Position numbers and translations under genes: made by a program. Shown piece by piece: positions 9,186 to 17,632 of a stretch of 54,922 bases of DNA (positions are counted from its first letter, which is position 1; every line of letters begins with the position of its first letter). Source of the DNA: a virus. Its lineage: Duplodnaviria; Caudoviricetes. Location: positions 1 through 54,922 of IMG/VR virus record IMGVR_UViG_3300049259_000054, one strand, 5' to 3'. The notes under the pieces were generated by a model, which ran no database searches, had not been told where the DNA came from, and saw only the letters and a list, made by a program, of their open reading frames with translations.

Positions 9186-10067
9186 TCAGGTGATTTGCTC
9201 ACGCGCAAGCAGGGCGCGCCGAATACCCTCTTCCAACGACACCTCAGGCGTGTAGAACTGCAGCATTTTACTGTTGTCCGACACCCGGTAATGTACCCCG
9301 GCTGGTTTCTCCGGCAGGTATTTGATGGCGTCAGGGTCGTACCCGGCCGCCTCGATCACCAACTCCGCCAGTTCCCTGAACGAGGTGCCGACGCCGGATC
9401 CCAGATTGACCGGACCCGGCAACCTCCGTTCAACTGCAGCCAGGGTCGCACCGACGATGTCGTCAATGTGGATCCAGTCCCGCGTCTGGGTGCCGTCGCC
9501 CCAAACCTCGAACGGGTCAGCCTTCCGGTGTGCCCGGTCGATGAACGATGGGAACGGGTAGTCTAAGGCTTGGTCTTCGCCGTACCCGCTGAACGGCCGG
9601 ACGATCGTCACGTTCGGGACGTATTGGGCGAGCATCTCACCGGTGAGCTTCGCCCAACCGTAGGTCATGTCCGGGTTCATGATGTTGTCCAATTCGATAT
9701 CTACCTCCCGCAGTCGACGGTGGAGTGGGTACTCTTGCAACTCTGTCGGGTATGCGGCGGAGGAGGAGAAATAGACGATCCGGCCGGGTTCAGTCCGTAC
9801 CGCCCAGTTGAACATCTCCGCGTCGATCGACAGGTCCACCGCCAACGACAGCGGGTCCCCTTCGATCTGGGTCCGGCCGCCGACCACCGCGGCGCAGTGG
9901 ATCACCAAATCAAACCGGTCGTTATTCCACCGGAAGAAACCTCGAACATCCGACGGCGCTATCGGATCGGCGATATCAATCCGCCAGATCTCATGTCCGG
10001 CCGCGGTCAACACCGCATCGAAGTGGCGCCCGACGAACCCGGCCGATCCGGTAATTAGGACCCTCAC
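9186..10067 (-). CDS. NAD-dependent nucleotide-sugar epimerase/dehydratase
   Basis: VLITGSAGFVG, HCAA, YFSSSAAY, YGWAK, WGDGTQTRDWIHIDD; GTGA-coupled start at 10067. Confidence 0.92.
   Translation of the reverse strand: MRVLITGSAGFVGRHFDAVLTAAGHEIWRIDIADPIAPSDVRGFFRWNNDRFDLVIHCAAVVGGRTQIEGDPLSLAVDLSIDAEMFNWAVRTEPGRIVYFSSSAAYPTELQEYPLHRRLREVDIELDNIMNPDMTYGWAKLTGEMLAQYVPNVTIVRPFSGYGEDQALDYPFPSFIDRAHRKADPFEVWGDGTQTRDWIHIDDIVGATLAAVERRLPGPVNLGSGVGTSFRELAELVIEAAGYDPDAIKYLPEKPAGVHYRVSDNSKMLQFYTPEVSLEEGIRRALLAREQIT
9194..9209 (-). promoter_or_regulatory. Operator plus promoter (TTGCGC-17-TAGGAT) for the AAA ATPase/SSB genes
   Basis: tttgc tcacgc gcaag. Confidence 0.75.
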
Positions 10068-10660
10068 GGCCGCACCGCCAGCACGACTTGGAACATCGAA
10101 ACGTAGTGGTGGTCGATCACTTCGAACCCGCCCTGTTCGATCAGATCGATGTAGCCCGGCTTGTCCCACGCCCAAGTGTGGAATGGGTAGGCGCCACCTT
10201 CGGTCTCATTCCATGGGCTGGATGCGACCAGGGTGTCGGCGCCGATCGAGCGGACGAACGCGTGCGGGTCGACCAGGTGCTCCAACACCTCGGTGGCGAC
10301 GGCACAGAACGCCTTCCCCGGTTGAGGCCAGTTGACCGGTTTCGCGACGACGTCTTGCAGATAGATCTCGATACCGCGGTTACGCTGGGCGGCGTCGACG
10401 TTGGTCTGCTGCAGGTCGTACCCGATCCGGTCGACCTTCAGATCCTCAAGCAGCGACAGTAAGCCGCCGTCACCTGCGCCCAGATCGACGACGGTGCGGA
10501 AGCCGCGGGACCAGCAGGCGACGTGAATCATCTCCGACGCGAGGATGAGCCGCTCTCGATGGCCGGGCTGTTCCAGGTGGGGGGCGGTTTCCCGCTGCGC
10601 GTACCAGCCGGGTGTGGTCCATTCCGGCGCGGCGCCCTGGAACAGTTTAACCTCAGCCAC
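10064..10660 (-). CDS. Class I SAM-dependent methyltransferase
   Basis: VVDLGAGDG, GYDL, ATEVLEHLVDP. Confidence 0.88.
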   Translation of the reverse strand: MAEVKLFQGAAPEWTTPGWYAQRETAPHLEQPGHRERLILASEMIHVACWSRGFRTVVDLGAGDGGLLSLLEDLKVDRIGYDLQQTNVDAAQRNRGIEIYLQDVVAKPVNWPQPGKAFCAVATEVLEHLVDPHAFVRSIGADTLVASSPWNETEGGAYPFHTWAWDKPGYIDLIEQGGFEVIDHHYVSMFQVVLAVRP

Positions 10661-11318
10661 GGATTTTCTCCACATCGTGTGCGAGTTGGGTCGCCAGATA
10701 CCGGTTAAACACGGCTCGGTCCGATTCGTACAGCGCAGGTGCGTTCACCTCGGTATACCCGGCGTCGATTTGGGCCTTCCCGGCGGATGGGTGCAGATGT
10801 TCGATGATAACATCGGGAAGATAGTGGATCGAGTCGATCCCACGTCCCAGCGCCAACCAGAAATCATCCAGGTACAGGTGCACCGCACCGGGCGGGACCA
10901 TGTACCCGATCTTTCGGATGATATCTGAGGTCATGAACACCGCGGTGGGTAGGTCCGCACCGCGGAACAGATCATTGCCGTAGGCGATCCCGGTGTTCTG
11001 CAGCGCCTCTCCTATTTTTTCGTCCCACCGGGCGGTGGAGGGCAGGTGGTCATCCCCCATGAAGCCGATGATGTCGTACTGCTCGGCGAGTTTCGGTGCC
11101 AGGTGATTCAAGGTACCACCGAGTCGGAGCCGGGGGCCGACTTGCCAGAACACCCGATCTCGGACCACGTCGTGCCTATACGTGTAGAACTGTGGGTCGT
11201 CGGTGTCGATGCAGATGTGCAGGTCGGCGGACAGCGACGTGTTCAGGAAGAACGGGATCAAACGTTCGATCGAGGCGGGTCTGCCGCGACTGGGTACGAT
11301 GACGGCGATGCTCATCAA
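10653..11318 (-). CDS. Glycosyltransferase (GT-A/GT2-like)
   Basis: IAVIVPSRGRP, GFMGDDH, HLYLDD, IIEHLHP. Confidence 0.85.
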   Translation of the reverse strand: MMSIAVIVPSRGRPASIERLIPFFLNTSLSADLHICIDTDDPQFYTYRHDVVRDRVFWQVGPRLRLGGTLNHLAPKLAEQYDIIGFMGDDHLPSTARWDEKIGEALQNTGIAYGNDLFRGADLPTAVFMTSDIIRKIGYMVPPGAVHLYLDDFWLALGRGIDSIHYLPDVIIEHLHPSAGKAQIDAGYTEVNAPALYESDRAVFNRYLATQLAHDVEKIRG

Positions 11319-11914
11319 ACATCCCTCCGTTTAGTCCAGGGGCGGCCGGAGGTGTGCCCGCCGTGTCCATGCCAGGTCCAGGTTATCTGCGGGCAGTGGC
11401 TGAACTTGGCGCCGCCGTGTAGCATCGCGACCCAGGTTGCCCAATCCTCGCAGGGGTTTTCTGGGTCCGACCAGGTGAACGACTGAAACCCTCCCACTGC
11501 CCGTAACAACGAGACACGCACAAGGCAGGTTATGGGTATGAAGTTGCCGACGTTGCAGATGTAGTCGCGCAGTTCGTCATCGAATGGCCGCCCGAGTGGC
11601 TTCCAGGGCCACAGGTTCTGGTTGATCCCTTCATACCAGGGGTAGACCAGGTCGGCGTCGGTGTCTTTCTGCCAATCCTCCAGGACTTGCAGGTGTTGCG
11701 GCAACAGCTCGTCGTCGTCATCCAGGAAGGCGACAAAATCAGTATCAACGAGTTTCAACGCCCGGTTGCGGCATTCGGCGGCGCCTAGCCCGTCGTGGTC
11801 GTGCTGCACGATGACGTCGTCCGGTGCCCTCGTCTGGTTCCGGACAGACTCTAAGGCCCGGACCAGCATCTTGGCGCGGGGCGGGATGGTCGGTATTACG
11901 ACGGTGATTGTCAC
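11315..11914 (-). CDS. Glycosyltransferase family 2
   Basis: ITVVIPT, ALESVRNQT, RNRAL, VAFLDDDD, VGGF, EDW. Confidence 0.9.
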   Translation of the reverse strand: MTITVVIPTIPPRAKMLVRALESVRNQTRAPDDVIVQHDHDGLGAAECRNRALKLVDTDFVAFLDDDDELLPQHLQVLEDWQKDTDADLVYPWYEGINQNLWPWKPLGRPFDDELRDYICNVGNFIPITCLVRVSLLRAVGGFQSFTWSDPENPCEDWATWVAMLHGGAKFSHCPQITWTWHGHGGHTSGRPWTKRRDV

Positions 11915-12207
11915 GCGGTTTCATCCTTATCTTCGGCGAGGTACCCCATGGCCCGCATGTTGGATATTTCCGCGGCGACCGATCGCCACTGTGGGTGATC
12001 GGTCAACCCGGCAGGGACGGTCCAAATCCGGATCCCCCGCCGGCCCAGTAGGGTGTATTTGGAGGCGATGAACTGCCACCTGATCCGACCCAAACCGGCA
12101 GCCCGTGCAGTATCGGCGGCGATCTGGTAGCTGCCGGCGAAGATGTACACCATTGAGGACCGGCGGTCGTTCGACAGGCTTCCTTTCCGGCCGTTAAGCT
12201 CGTTCAC
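11911..12207 (-). CDS. Hypothetical protein
   Basis: AAGGAG RBS; stop overlaps the GT2 start. Confidence 0.6.
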   Translation of the reverse strand: MNELNGRKGSLSNDRRSSMVYIFAGSYQIAADTARAAGLGRIRWQFIASKYTLLGRRGIRIWTVPAGLTDHPQWRSVAAEISNMRAMGYLAEDKDETA

Positions 12208-12437
12208 TCCACTCTCCTTTGATCAGGTCGGTACAGGTGGGGTCGGTGTATCCGACCGTCCGGTCGATCGCCGTAGTGAGGACCACCGCGGCGCCGCGCC
12301 AGGATTCGGCCTCATTGAACACCTTCCCGCAGATCACGCAGCGGGCCTAGTGTCCCGACAGCCGCCCGGACAGGAAGTACCCGACCAGCAGCTCATCGGG
12401 GCGGTACCGTTTGAAGGTGGGTTCGCGCCCCTCGAGT

Positions 12438-13349
12438 TTAGGCACCGTCGTGTTCCTTCCCGATCCGTTGGTATTTCTCGTCCAACTGCCGAAACCCCGA
12501 CGCCTTCAGGGTCTGCTCGATCGGGACACCCTTCCGGGCGAGCAAATGCGCCTCAGTGAAGTCGCATTTCCAGTGGCATTGATTCGGGTTCGGGGAGGAG
12601 TACGGCTGGGCGTTCTGGGTGGAATAGGCCGCCCGCGCAGCGCGGTAGGCGTCCCACGCCAAGTTCGACAGTTCCAGGTCGGTCCGGGACAGCGGGATCC
12701 GTTTGAACCGTTCCTCGATCGGTTGTTCCTTGGTCTTCAGCTTGTAAGTGCGGGCGCCGGAGTACAGGAACCCGTGGACCGGTTTGCCGAGCTGGCGCAT
12801 CCCCCAGGTGTAGATTCCGAACTGGTCATCCAGGTCCAGGTCTTTCTCCCGATCCAGGTCCTTACCGCTCTTGTGGTCCACCAGCCAGACCCGGTGGGTG
12901 GACCGGACCCGCACAATCAGGTCGATCTTGACCTTGATGGAGAATCGGGAGTCGGCGCCTTCGGCGTTGGGCAGCGGAACGACCCGCTTGTCTTCCACTT
13001 GCAGAATGTCCCAGTCGGGGTCGACCCCCCACCGTTGGATGTACCCCTCGTACATCCATTGGATTAGCGCTTGGTCTTCGCTCTGCCCACCTTGGGTGTG
13101 CAGGTACGGCATAACCTTTTCCTTGGCGAGTTTAAGCCGTGATGCGTGGCCTGGTTCGCCTGCGGTGGCTTTCAGGCTGCGGTAGTGCGCCTCCATCACT
13201 TGGTGCCACAGGATGCCCTTAGCGAGCGCGGTGCCTTCTTTCTCCGGCCGCGCCCAACGCTGTTTATATTCCAGCAGGTGTTTCAATGGGCAGTCGCGGA
13301 AGGCGGCGAGTTCAGAATATGAGACGGTAATCTCAGGCGGCGCGGTCAT
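12438..13349 (-). CDS. PD-(D/E)XK (RecB/Cas4-like) exonuclease
   Basis: SYSEL-x4-CP, G-x2-WH-x2-ME, E...KIDLI...LVDHKS, C-terminal CHWKCDF. Confidence 0.85.
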   Translation of the reverse strand: MTAPPEITVSYSELAAFRDCPLKHLLEYKQRWARPEKEGTALAKGILWHQVMEAHYRSLKATAGEPGHASRLKLAKEKVMPYLHTQGGQSEDQALIQWMYEGYIQRWGVDPDWDILQVEDKRVVPLPNAEGADSRFSIKVKIDLIVRVRSTHRVWLVDHKSGKDLDREKDLDLDDQFGIYTWGMRQLGKPVHGFLYSGARTYKLKTKEQPIEERFKRIPLSRTDLELSNLAWDAYRAARAAYSTQNAQPYSSPNPNQCHWKCDFTEAHLLARKGVPIEQTLKASGFRQLDEKYQRIGKEHDGA

Positions 13350-13500
13350 CGGCCTTCCGGTCCTTTCTTCTTACCGGTGTCATTCTTGTTTTTGGTGGAT
13401 AGGGCCTTGCGCATCCTGCGCAGGTCCTTACTCCGTCGACACCAGTCGCCGTTAGGCTTGATAGAGGGATTGTACGGTGCCTTTTCGCTGCGGAGGATTC

Positions 13501-13737
13501 TCACAGTACACCGGTACTGACCGTGACAGGCTCCGGTAGGTTGACGTACACCACCTGCGAATCACCGTCGATCCGGTTGGTCGCGATGAAAACGTCGGGG
13601 CAGTGTTCGATCAGGGCGTCGATCAGCGAATGTTCCAGCTTGATGCCGTCCAAATCGTGGCTGAGTTCGTTCGACCCGGGGGCGCCGTGCAGGATAACCC
13701 GGGCGGTCTCGTCGTGGGCGTACTCGATGCCGGTCAT
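13501..13737 (-). CDS. Hypothetical protein
   Basis: GGGGAG RBS before MTGIEY. Confidence 0.6.
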   Translation of the reverse strand: MTGIEYAHDETARVILHGAPGSNELSHDLDGIKLEHSLIDALIEHCPDVFIATNRIDGDSQVVYVNLPEPVTVSTGVL

Positions 13738-13741
13738 TGCG

Positions 13742-14212
13742 TTACTCCCCTGACTGGAAGGCGTTGTCGTAATCGTTATTTGCGGCCTGCAGCACCCGGA
13801 TCCAGGTGTTGTCGGCGTCGATGGCGTGAATCTCGTCGGTGGTCGCCCACAGCTCTTCCGAGCTGATGACATGGGTTCGGGCGGGCAGGGCGATCTCGAT
13901 GGCGAGCGCGCCGTTTGGGTCGTGCACGACGGATGGGGACGCGCCGCGCTCAGTGATGGTGTGGTAGTTCAACGCCTGCCGGGCGGCTTCTTTCGCGCGG
14001 GACAGTGAAGGGTCGGTGCCGGACGCCAGGACGGCGCCGTCTTCAGCCCAGATCCCCCATCGATTCAAGATCAGCACGCTGACCGGTGCGAGGTAGACGG
14101 TAGCTTGCAGCGGGGCGTGTTTGGCGTTGAGCTCCCACTGGTCCAGGACGTCGGGGGCGAACCGCCAGGCGTCGGTCTCGAGTAGGGCTAGGAGCCTGGT
14201 CGCGAGTGTCAT
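13742..14212 (-). CDS. Hypothetical protein
   Basis: Coupled ORF (ATGA overlap). Confidence 0.6.
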   Translation of the reverse strand: MTLATRLLALLETDAWRFAPDVLDQWELNAKHAPLQATVYLAPVSVLILNRWGIWAEDGAVLASGTDPSLSRAKEAARQALNYHTITERGASPSVVHDPNGALAIEIALPARTHVISSEELWATTDEIHAIDADNTWIRVLQAANNDYDNAFQSGE

Positions 14213-14442
14213 GGTCTGTTAGCCTCTCGGTTATCACGATCAATTCGCCTGTGGCATGCAGTGCTAGAAGCGCATCGCCACCCGGCGCTGTAGCCGTCGT
14301 CCGGTCGCTCAAATCGGCGCGTACCTATCCTGTGGCAATAGATGCATTCCCGCCGTTCTGCCATGCTCGCGCCCCTCTTACAGCTCGTCGCGTAGCGCGA
14401 TGCGAAGGACCGTGCGGGGGCTGGCGATGTTGGCGGCGTCAC
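14209..14442 (-). CDS. Small Cys-containing protein (probably starts at MAERRECIYC)
   Basis: CxxC...C-x4-C pattern; GAGGGG RBS before the internal ATG. Confidence 0.5.
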   Translation of the reverse strand: MTPPTSPAPARSFASRYATSCKRGASMAERRECIYCHRIGTRRFERPDDGYSAGWRCASSTACHRRIDRDNREANRP

Positions 14443-14584
14443 CCTTCAGGTTGCCCTGATAGTTCTGGCCGCGCAGTTCAGACACCCGCTCTTCGCACAT
14501 CGCCTTGTCGATCTTCCGGCCGGCCTTGCGAGCCTGCACCCGAACGTCCAGGGCGATGATCTCGGCGGCTTCGGTCTTTGTCAT
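14378..14584 (-). CDS. Hypothetical protein, leaderless
   Basis: ATG 5 nt downstream of TATAAT. Confidence 0.7.
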   Translation of the reverse strand: MTKTEAAEIIALDVRVQARKAGRKIDKAMCEERVSELRGQNYQGNLKGDAANIASPRTVLRIALRDEL

Positions 14585-14598
14585 ACTTTATTATAACA

Positions 14599-15720
14599 CT
14601 ACCCTTGCTTAGGCGCAAGTGCATATCGACCGAGGTTGTCCGGCCGGGACCGGGTCGCCCGCTGCGCCCACTCCAGGTTAAGCCGACACTGCCGCTCATC
14701 CACGACCATCCCCCGTGCCAGCCCGGCGGTCTCGCCCAACACGGTCGCCGCGACGTGACACAGGTCCACCAATGCCACCCGCTCGACGCTGCTGTGGCTG
14801 ATGTCGCGTTCATGCCACAGCGCCACATTCTCAAGCAGCGGCGGCAGGTATCCGCGCGCCAACCGGACCAAACCGCAGATCTTCTCCGCGGTTACCGGGT
14901 TGGTTTTGTGTGGCATCGCCGACGAACCAACCTGACCGACCCCGAAAGGCTCCATGATCTCCGCGACTTCCGAACGCGCGGAATGCCGAATCTCTAATGC
15001 AAACGCTTCGCACACGCCTAAGGCGTTTACCAGACAGGCCGCCCAGTGGGCGATCCCGTCGCGCATCACCACTTGGGTGGTGAACGGTAGTGAGGTCAGG
15101 CCGAGGAAATCCAACACATCGGCCTCAATTGCGGGTGATATCCCGTCGTGGTCGTACCTCCCGACCGGGCCGGAAACCTTCCCGACCGCGATACTGGACT
15201 TCGCCTGTCGAAACCTCGTCCCGGTCCGTATCAGCCCGGCCTGTAAATCCGACAGTTTATTGCCGAGCGTGGTAGGCACCGCCCAACGGCCGTGGGTCCG
15301 TCCGATCCGGTCGGTGTGCCCGTATTCGATCGCGCGGGCTCCGATCGCGGAGCCGGCGGCGCCGATCCGTTTCTGCAAGACGTTCGAAACGGTCAATAGT
15401 GCCATCCCCAAGCCGGTGTCGACCAGATCGGAGGAGGTCAAACCGTAATGAGCGTATTCGAACGCCGGATCGTTGTGGTTGGTCTCACGCCAAGCCTGCA
15501 GGAACGCCGCCACATCGTGGCGGGTGGTCTGTTCATGTTCGGCGACCCGGCCTGCCCCGGGCGCTGCCGACCCCCCGATAATCGCCGCGGCGTTTGGAGG
15601 GATCACACCGGCAATAGCTTGGGCTCGAGCTACGGACAGTTCGATCTGGTGCCACCGGTTGATCTTGGCGGTCTCGTCGAACACCGCGGCGATATCAGGA
15701 TCTTCGTACCTGTCGATCAC
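14599..15720 (-). CDS. purB: Adenylosuccinate lyase (Bacillus-type, C-terminally shortened)
   Basis: MIDRY, TRHDVAAF, HYGLTSSD, GRTHG, GKVSGPVG, TTQVVMRD, fumarate-lyase signature GSSAMPHKTNP, LWHERDISHSSVER. Confidence 0.93.
   Translation of the reverse strand: MIDRYEDPDIAAVFDETAKINRWHQIELSVARAQAIAGVIPPNAAAIIGGSAAPGAGRVAEHEQTTRHDVAAFLQAWRETNHNDPAFEYAHYGLTSSDLVDTGLGMALLTVSNVLQKRIGAAGSAIGARAIEYGHTDRIGRTHGRWAVPTTLGNKLSDLQAGLIRTGTRFRQAKSSIAVGKVSGPVGRYDHDGISPAIEADVLDFLGLTSLPFTTQVVMRDGIAHWAACLVNALGVCEAFALEIRHSARSEVAEIMEPFGVGQVGSSAMPHKTNPVTAEKICGLVRLARGYLPPLLENVALWHERDISHSSVERVALVDLCHVAATVLGETAGLARGMVVDERQCRLNLEWAQRATRSRPDNLGRYALAPKQG
14604..14619 (-). promoter_or_regulatory. Operator plus strong promoter (TTGCGC-17-TATAAT)
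   Basis: cttgc ttaggc gcaag. Confidence 0.85.
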
Positions 15721-15774
15721 TAGCGTTCCCTCCCGATGATGCCGGACCTGTCGGCCGAGGCCCGGGCCGTGCGG

Positions 15775-16401
15775 TTAAGCGTCGACTGCGGACAGTTGGC
15801 GCTGTTGACGGGTGGCAGTGCTGGAAGCGATGACGGGGTCCGCTCCCTGCTGTTCTACCAACGCGGCGGCTTCCGCGTAGGTCGGATCGTCTTCGATCAG
15901 ACCGGTCGGCCAAGACCTGGCGATCAGCTCCGCGCAGGCTTCCACCGAGGTCCGGCCGGCGCGCTCGGCGGCGAGCTTCAACAGCTCACTTTTCAGCTTC
16001 GCGTCGTGGCCGGGGTGGAAGATCCCGCCTTTCGTGATCCCGCCACACCACTGGCAGACGCCAGCTTTCTTGGTGCGTGGGGTTGGCTCCTTCTTGGGCA
16101 TTGCTGCTCCCTTGGGTTGGGTCTTGCATTCCTGGATCATTTGCCAGGTGGTACTGCGCAGGGTTCGCTGCCGCTGGGTGTCTTGGCACGCCTCCTTATT
16201 GTTGCAGGACCGGTCTGCCTCGTCGACGTCTTCGATCGACCGGCAGTGGGTACAGGCGGGTTTCTGCCCCGCGTGGCAGTCGCAACGGCACAGGTGGACG
16301 CCGCTGGGGGTTCGGACGGCGCCGAGGCACAGGTCATGCCTGGTGCCGGCGCACCCGCCCGTGAGGATGGGCGGGAGCGCCTTCTTCTTGGTCGCGGGCA
16401 C
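15775..16401 (-). CDS. Cys-rich hypothetical protein with CQWCGG...FHPGHDAKLK motif
   Basis: Several Cys/His clusters; start placed after the upstream stop. Confidence 0.65.
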   Translation of the reverse strand: MPATKKKALPPILTGGCAGTRHDLCLGAVRTPSGVHLCRCDCHAGQKPACTHCRSIEDVDEADRSCNNKEACQDTQRQRTLRSTTWQMIQECKTQPKGAAMPKKEPTPRTKKAGVCQWCGGITKGGIFHPGHDAKLKSELLKLAAERAGRTSVEACAELIARSWPTGLIEDDPTYAEAAALVEQQGADPVIASSTATRQQRQLSAVDA

Positions 16402-16406
16402 CGGCG

Positions 16407-16778
16407 TTACTCGGCCGATTTGGTCTGCTCGGCGCGGGCTTTCTCGCCCTTGCGGATCAGGTCTTCGACCTGAGCGACCCCTTCGGGCTGCAGCAGATGC
16501 GCGGCGATCGACAGGGCGGACCCGGTGACGAACATCCCGGACTGTAGGGAGACTTCGACGCCTGCCAGCGCAGCGCGGGACAGCTTGCCTTTCAGGCGCT
16601 GGTCGTGGCCGCGAATGAATTGGTATTTGGGGTGGTGTTCGTGGCCGCAACCGCAGTAGCAGTCTTCGCCTTCAACGATCAGGATCAGCGAGTCGTCTTC
16701 GGCGGCGGGTTCGCTGCGGTAGCCGCTGGCGCCGGGACTGGATTCGACGGTGGGCTGCCATTTCCGGTTCTTGGTCAT
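16407..16778 (-). CDS. Hypothetical protein with CYCGCG...FIRGHDQRLK motif
   Basis: GAAGGA RBS before MTKNRK; promoter just upstream. Confidence 0.7.
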   Translation of the reverse strand: MTKNRKWQPTVESSPGASGYRSEPAAEDDSLILIVEGEDCYCGCGHEHHPKYQFIRGHDQRLKGKLSRAALAGVEVSLQSGMFVTGSALSIAAHLLQPEGVAQVEDLIRKGEKARAEQTKSAE

Positions 16779-16836
16779 TTTCGGTGTCCTTCGGCTGAGG
16801 GTCGCGGGCCGTTCCGCTGTCTGTGGTTCTATTCTA

Positions 16837-17292
16837 TCATTTGGCTTGCGCTTGCGCAAGTTCGGGGCGGAGGATCGCGTGCCAGCCATGAAGTTCAGCA
16901 CTGAGCGCGTGCTCGCCGGCCTGCAGCCGCTTTGCCATCGACTTGATCCCGCGGACCCGCAGCAACCCTACGGTAGGCTTCTGAATCGACGCCGGCTGCA
17001 TGGTCAGCGGCACGCCGTACACTCGAGCCAGGTACTTCACCACGCCGATCCGTTCGCAGGTGCCCATCTCAGACCCTGTCTGCGCCATCGCCTGGTCCGG
17101 GTACAGGTTGAACTGCTCAACCACCAGGCCGTCGATGTTGTGATCCGAAACCATCTTGGTCAGATAATTCTCGCATTCCTCGGGCGCGAACTCCCACGCG
17201 GCGTAGCAACGCCACGACTCGTTGTGCTCATCGTCGAACATGGCGATCCCGTTGTGGACGGCGCCCGGATCCAGCGCGAGTAGGGTTGTCAC
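16837..17292 (-). CDS. RuvC-like Holliday junction resolvase (RNase H fold)
   Basis: LLALDPG-x2-NG, LVVEQF, ERIGVVKY, QPAS, HALSA. Confidence 0.75.
   Translation of the reverse strand: MTTLLALDPGAVHNGIAMFDDEHNESWRCYAAWEFAPEECENYLTKMVSDHNIDGLVVEQFNLYPDQAMAQTGSEMGTCERIGVVKYLARVYGVPLTMQPASIQKPTVGLLRVRGIKSMAKRLQAGEHALSAELHGWHAILRPELAQAQAK
16845..16860 (-). promoter_or_regulatory. Operator plus promoter (TTGCGC-17-TAGAAT) for the unit ending in purB
   Basis: cttgc gcttgc gcaag. Confidence 0.8.
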
Positions 17293-17350
17293 CCGTTGAG
17301 TCTACACCTTTCCATTGCGCATGTGCAAGGTGTCCTGATATAATCCAAGC
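17293..17350. promoter_or_regulatory. Divergent overlapping promoters sharing one operator (17314-17329)
   Basis: Plus strand: TTGCGC-18-TATAAT. Minus strand: TTGCAC-18-TAGACT, 6 nt before the leaderless GTG at 17292. Operator attgc gcatgt gcaag. Confidence 0.8.
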
Positions 17351-17374
17351 ATGACACGGCAGGGAGCGTAAACC

Positions 17375-17632
17375 ATGGCGAAAGACACCAGAGTATCCAA
17401 CCAGGAGATCGCCGATCTCGTCGGCCTGGATATGTCGACAGTCTCGAGGCTACGATCCGGCTTCAGGCTACCCAACATCGACACCATGACTCGGATCGAA
17501 AAGGCACTGAGCTGGCCCTTGACCGAACAGGCCGCCGTCCGCGAGACCGGGGCACAGAAATATGCCACGCAGTTCGAATCGCACGTCGAACGTTTCTGGC
17601 GAGACCGTGACGACAGCGACGAACCCGAATAG
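17375..17632 (+). CDS. XRE/Cro-family HTH regulator (candidate operator-binding protein)
   Basis: SNQEIADLVGLDMSTVSRLRSGFRLP HTH; AGGGAG RBS. Confidence 0.88.
   Translation: MAKDTRVSNQEIADLVGLDMSTVSRLRSGFRLPNIDTMTRIEKALSWPLTEQAAVRETGAQKYATQFESHVERFWRDRDDSDEPE

Noticed and set aside
12208-12437. Small ORFs between the exonuclease and 12207, and at about 13350-13500
   Set aside because: Several short frames are possible, but none has enough support to choose.
12438-13349. Cas4 as part of a CRISPR system
   Set aside because: No repeat-spacer array or other cas genes were seen. It sits in the usual phage exonuclease-ATPase-SSB recombination context.
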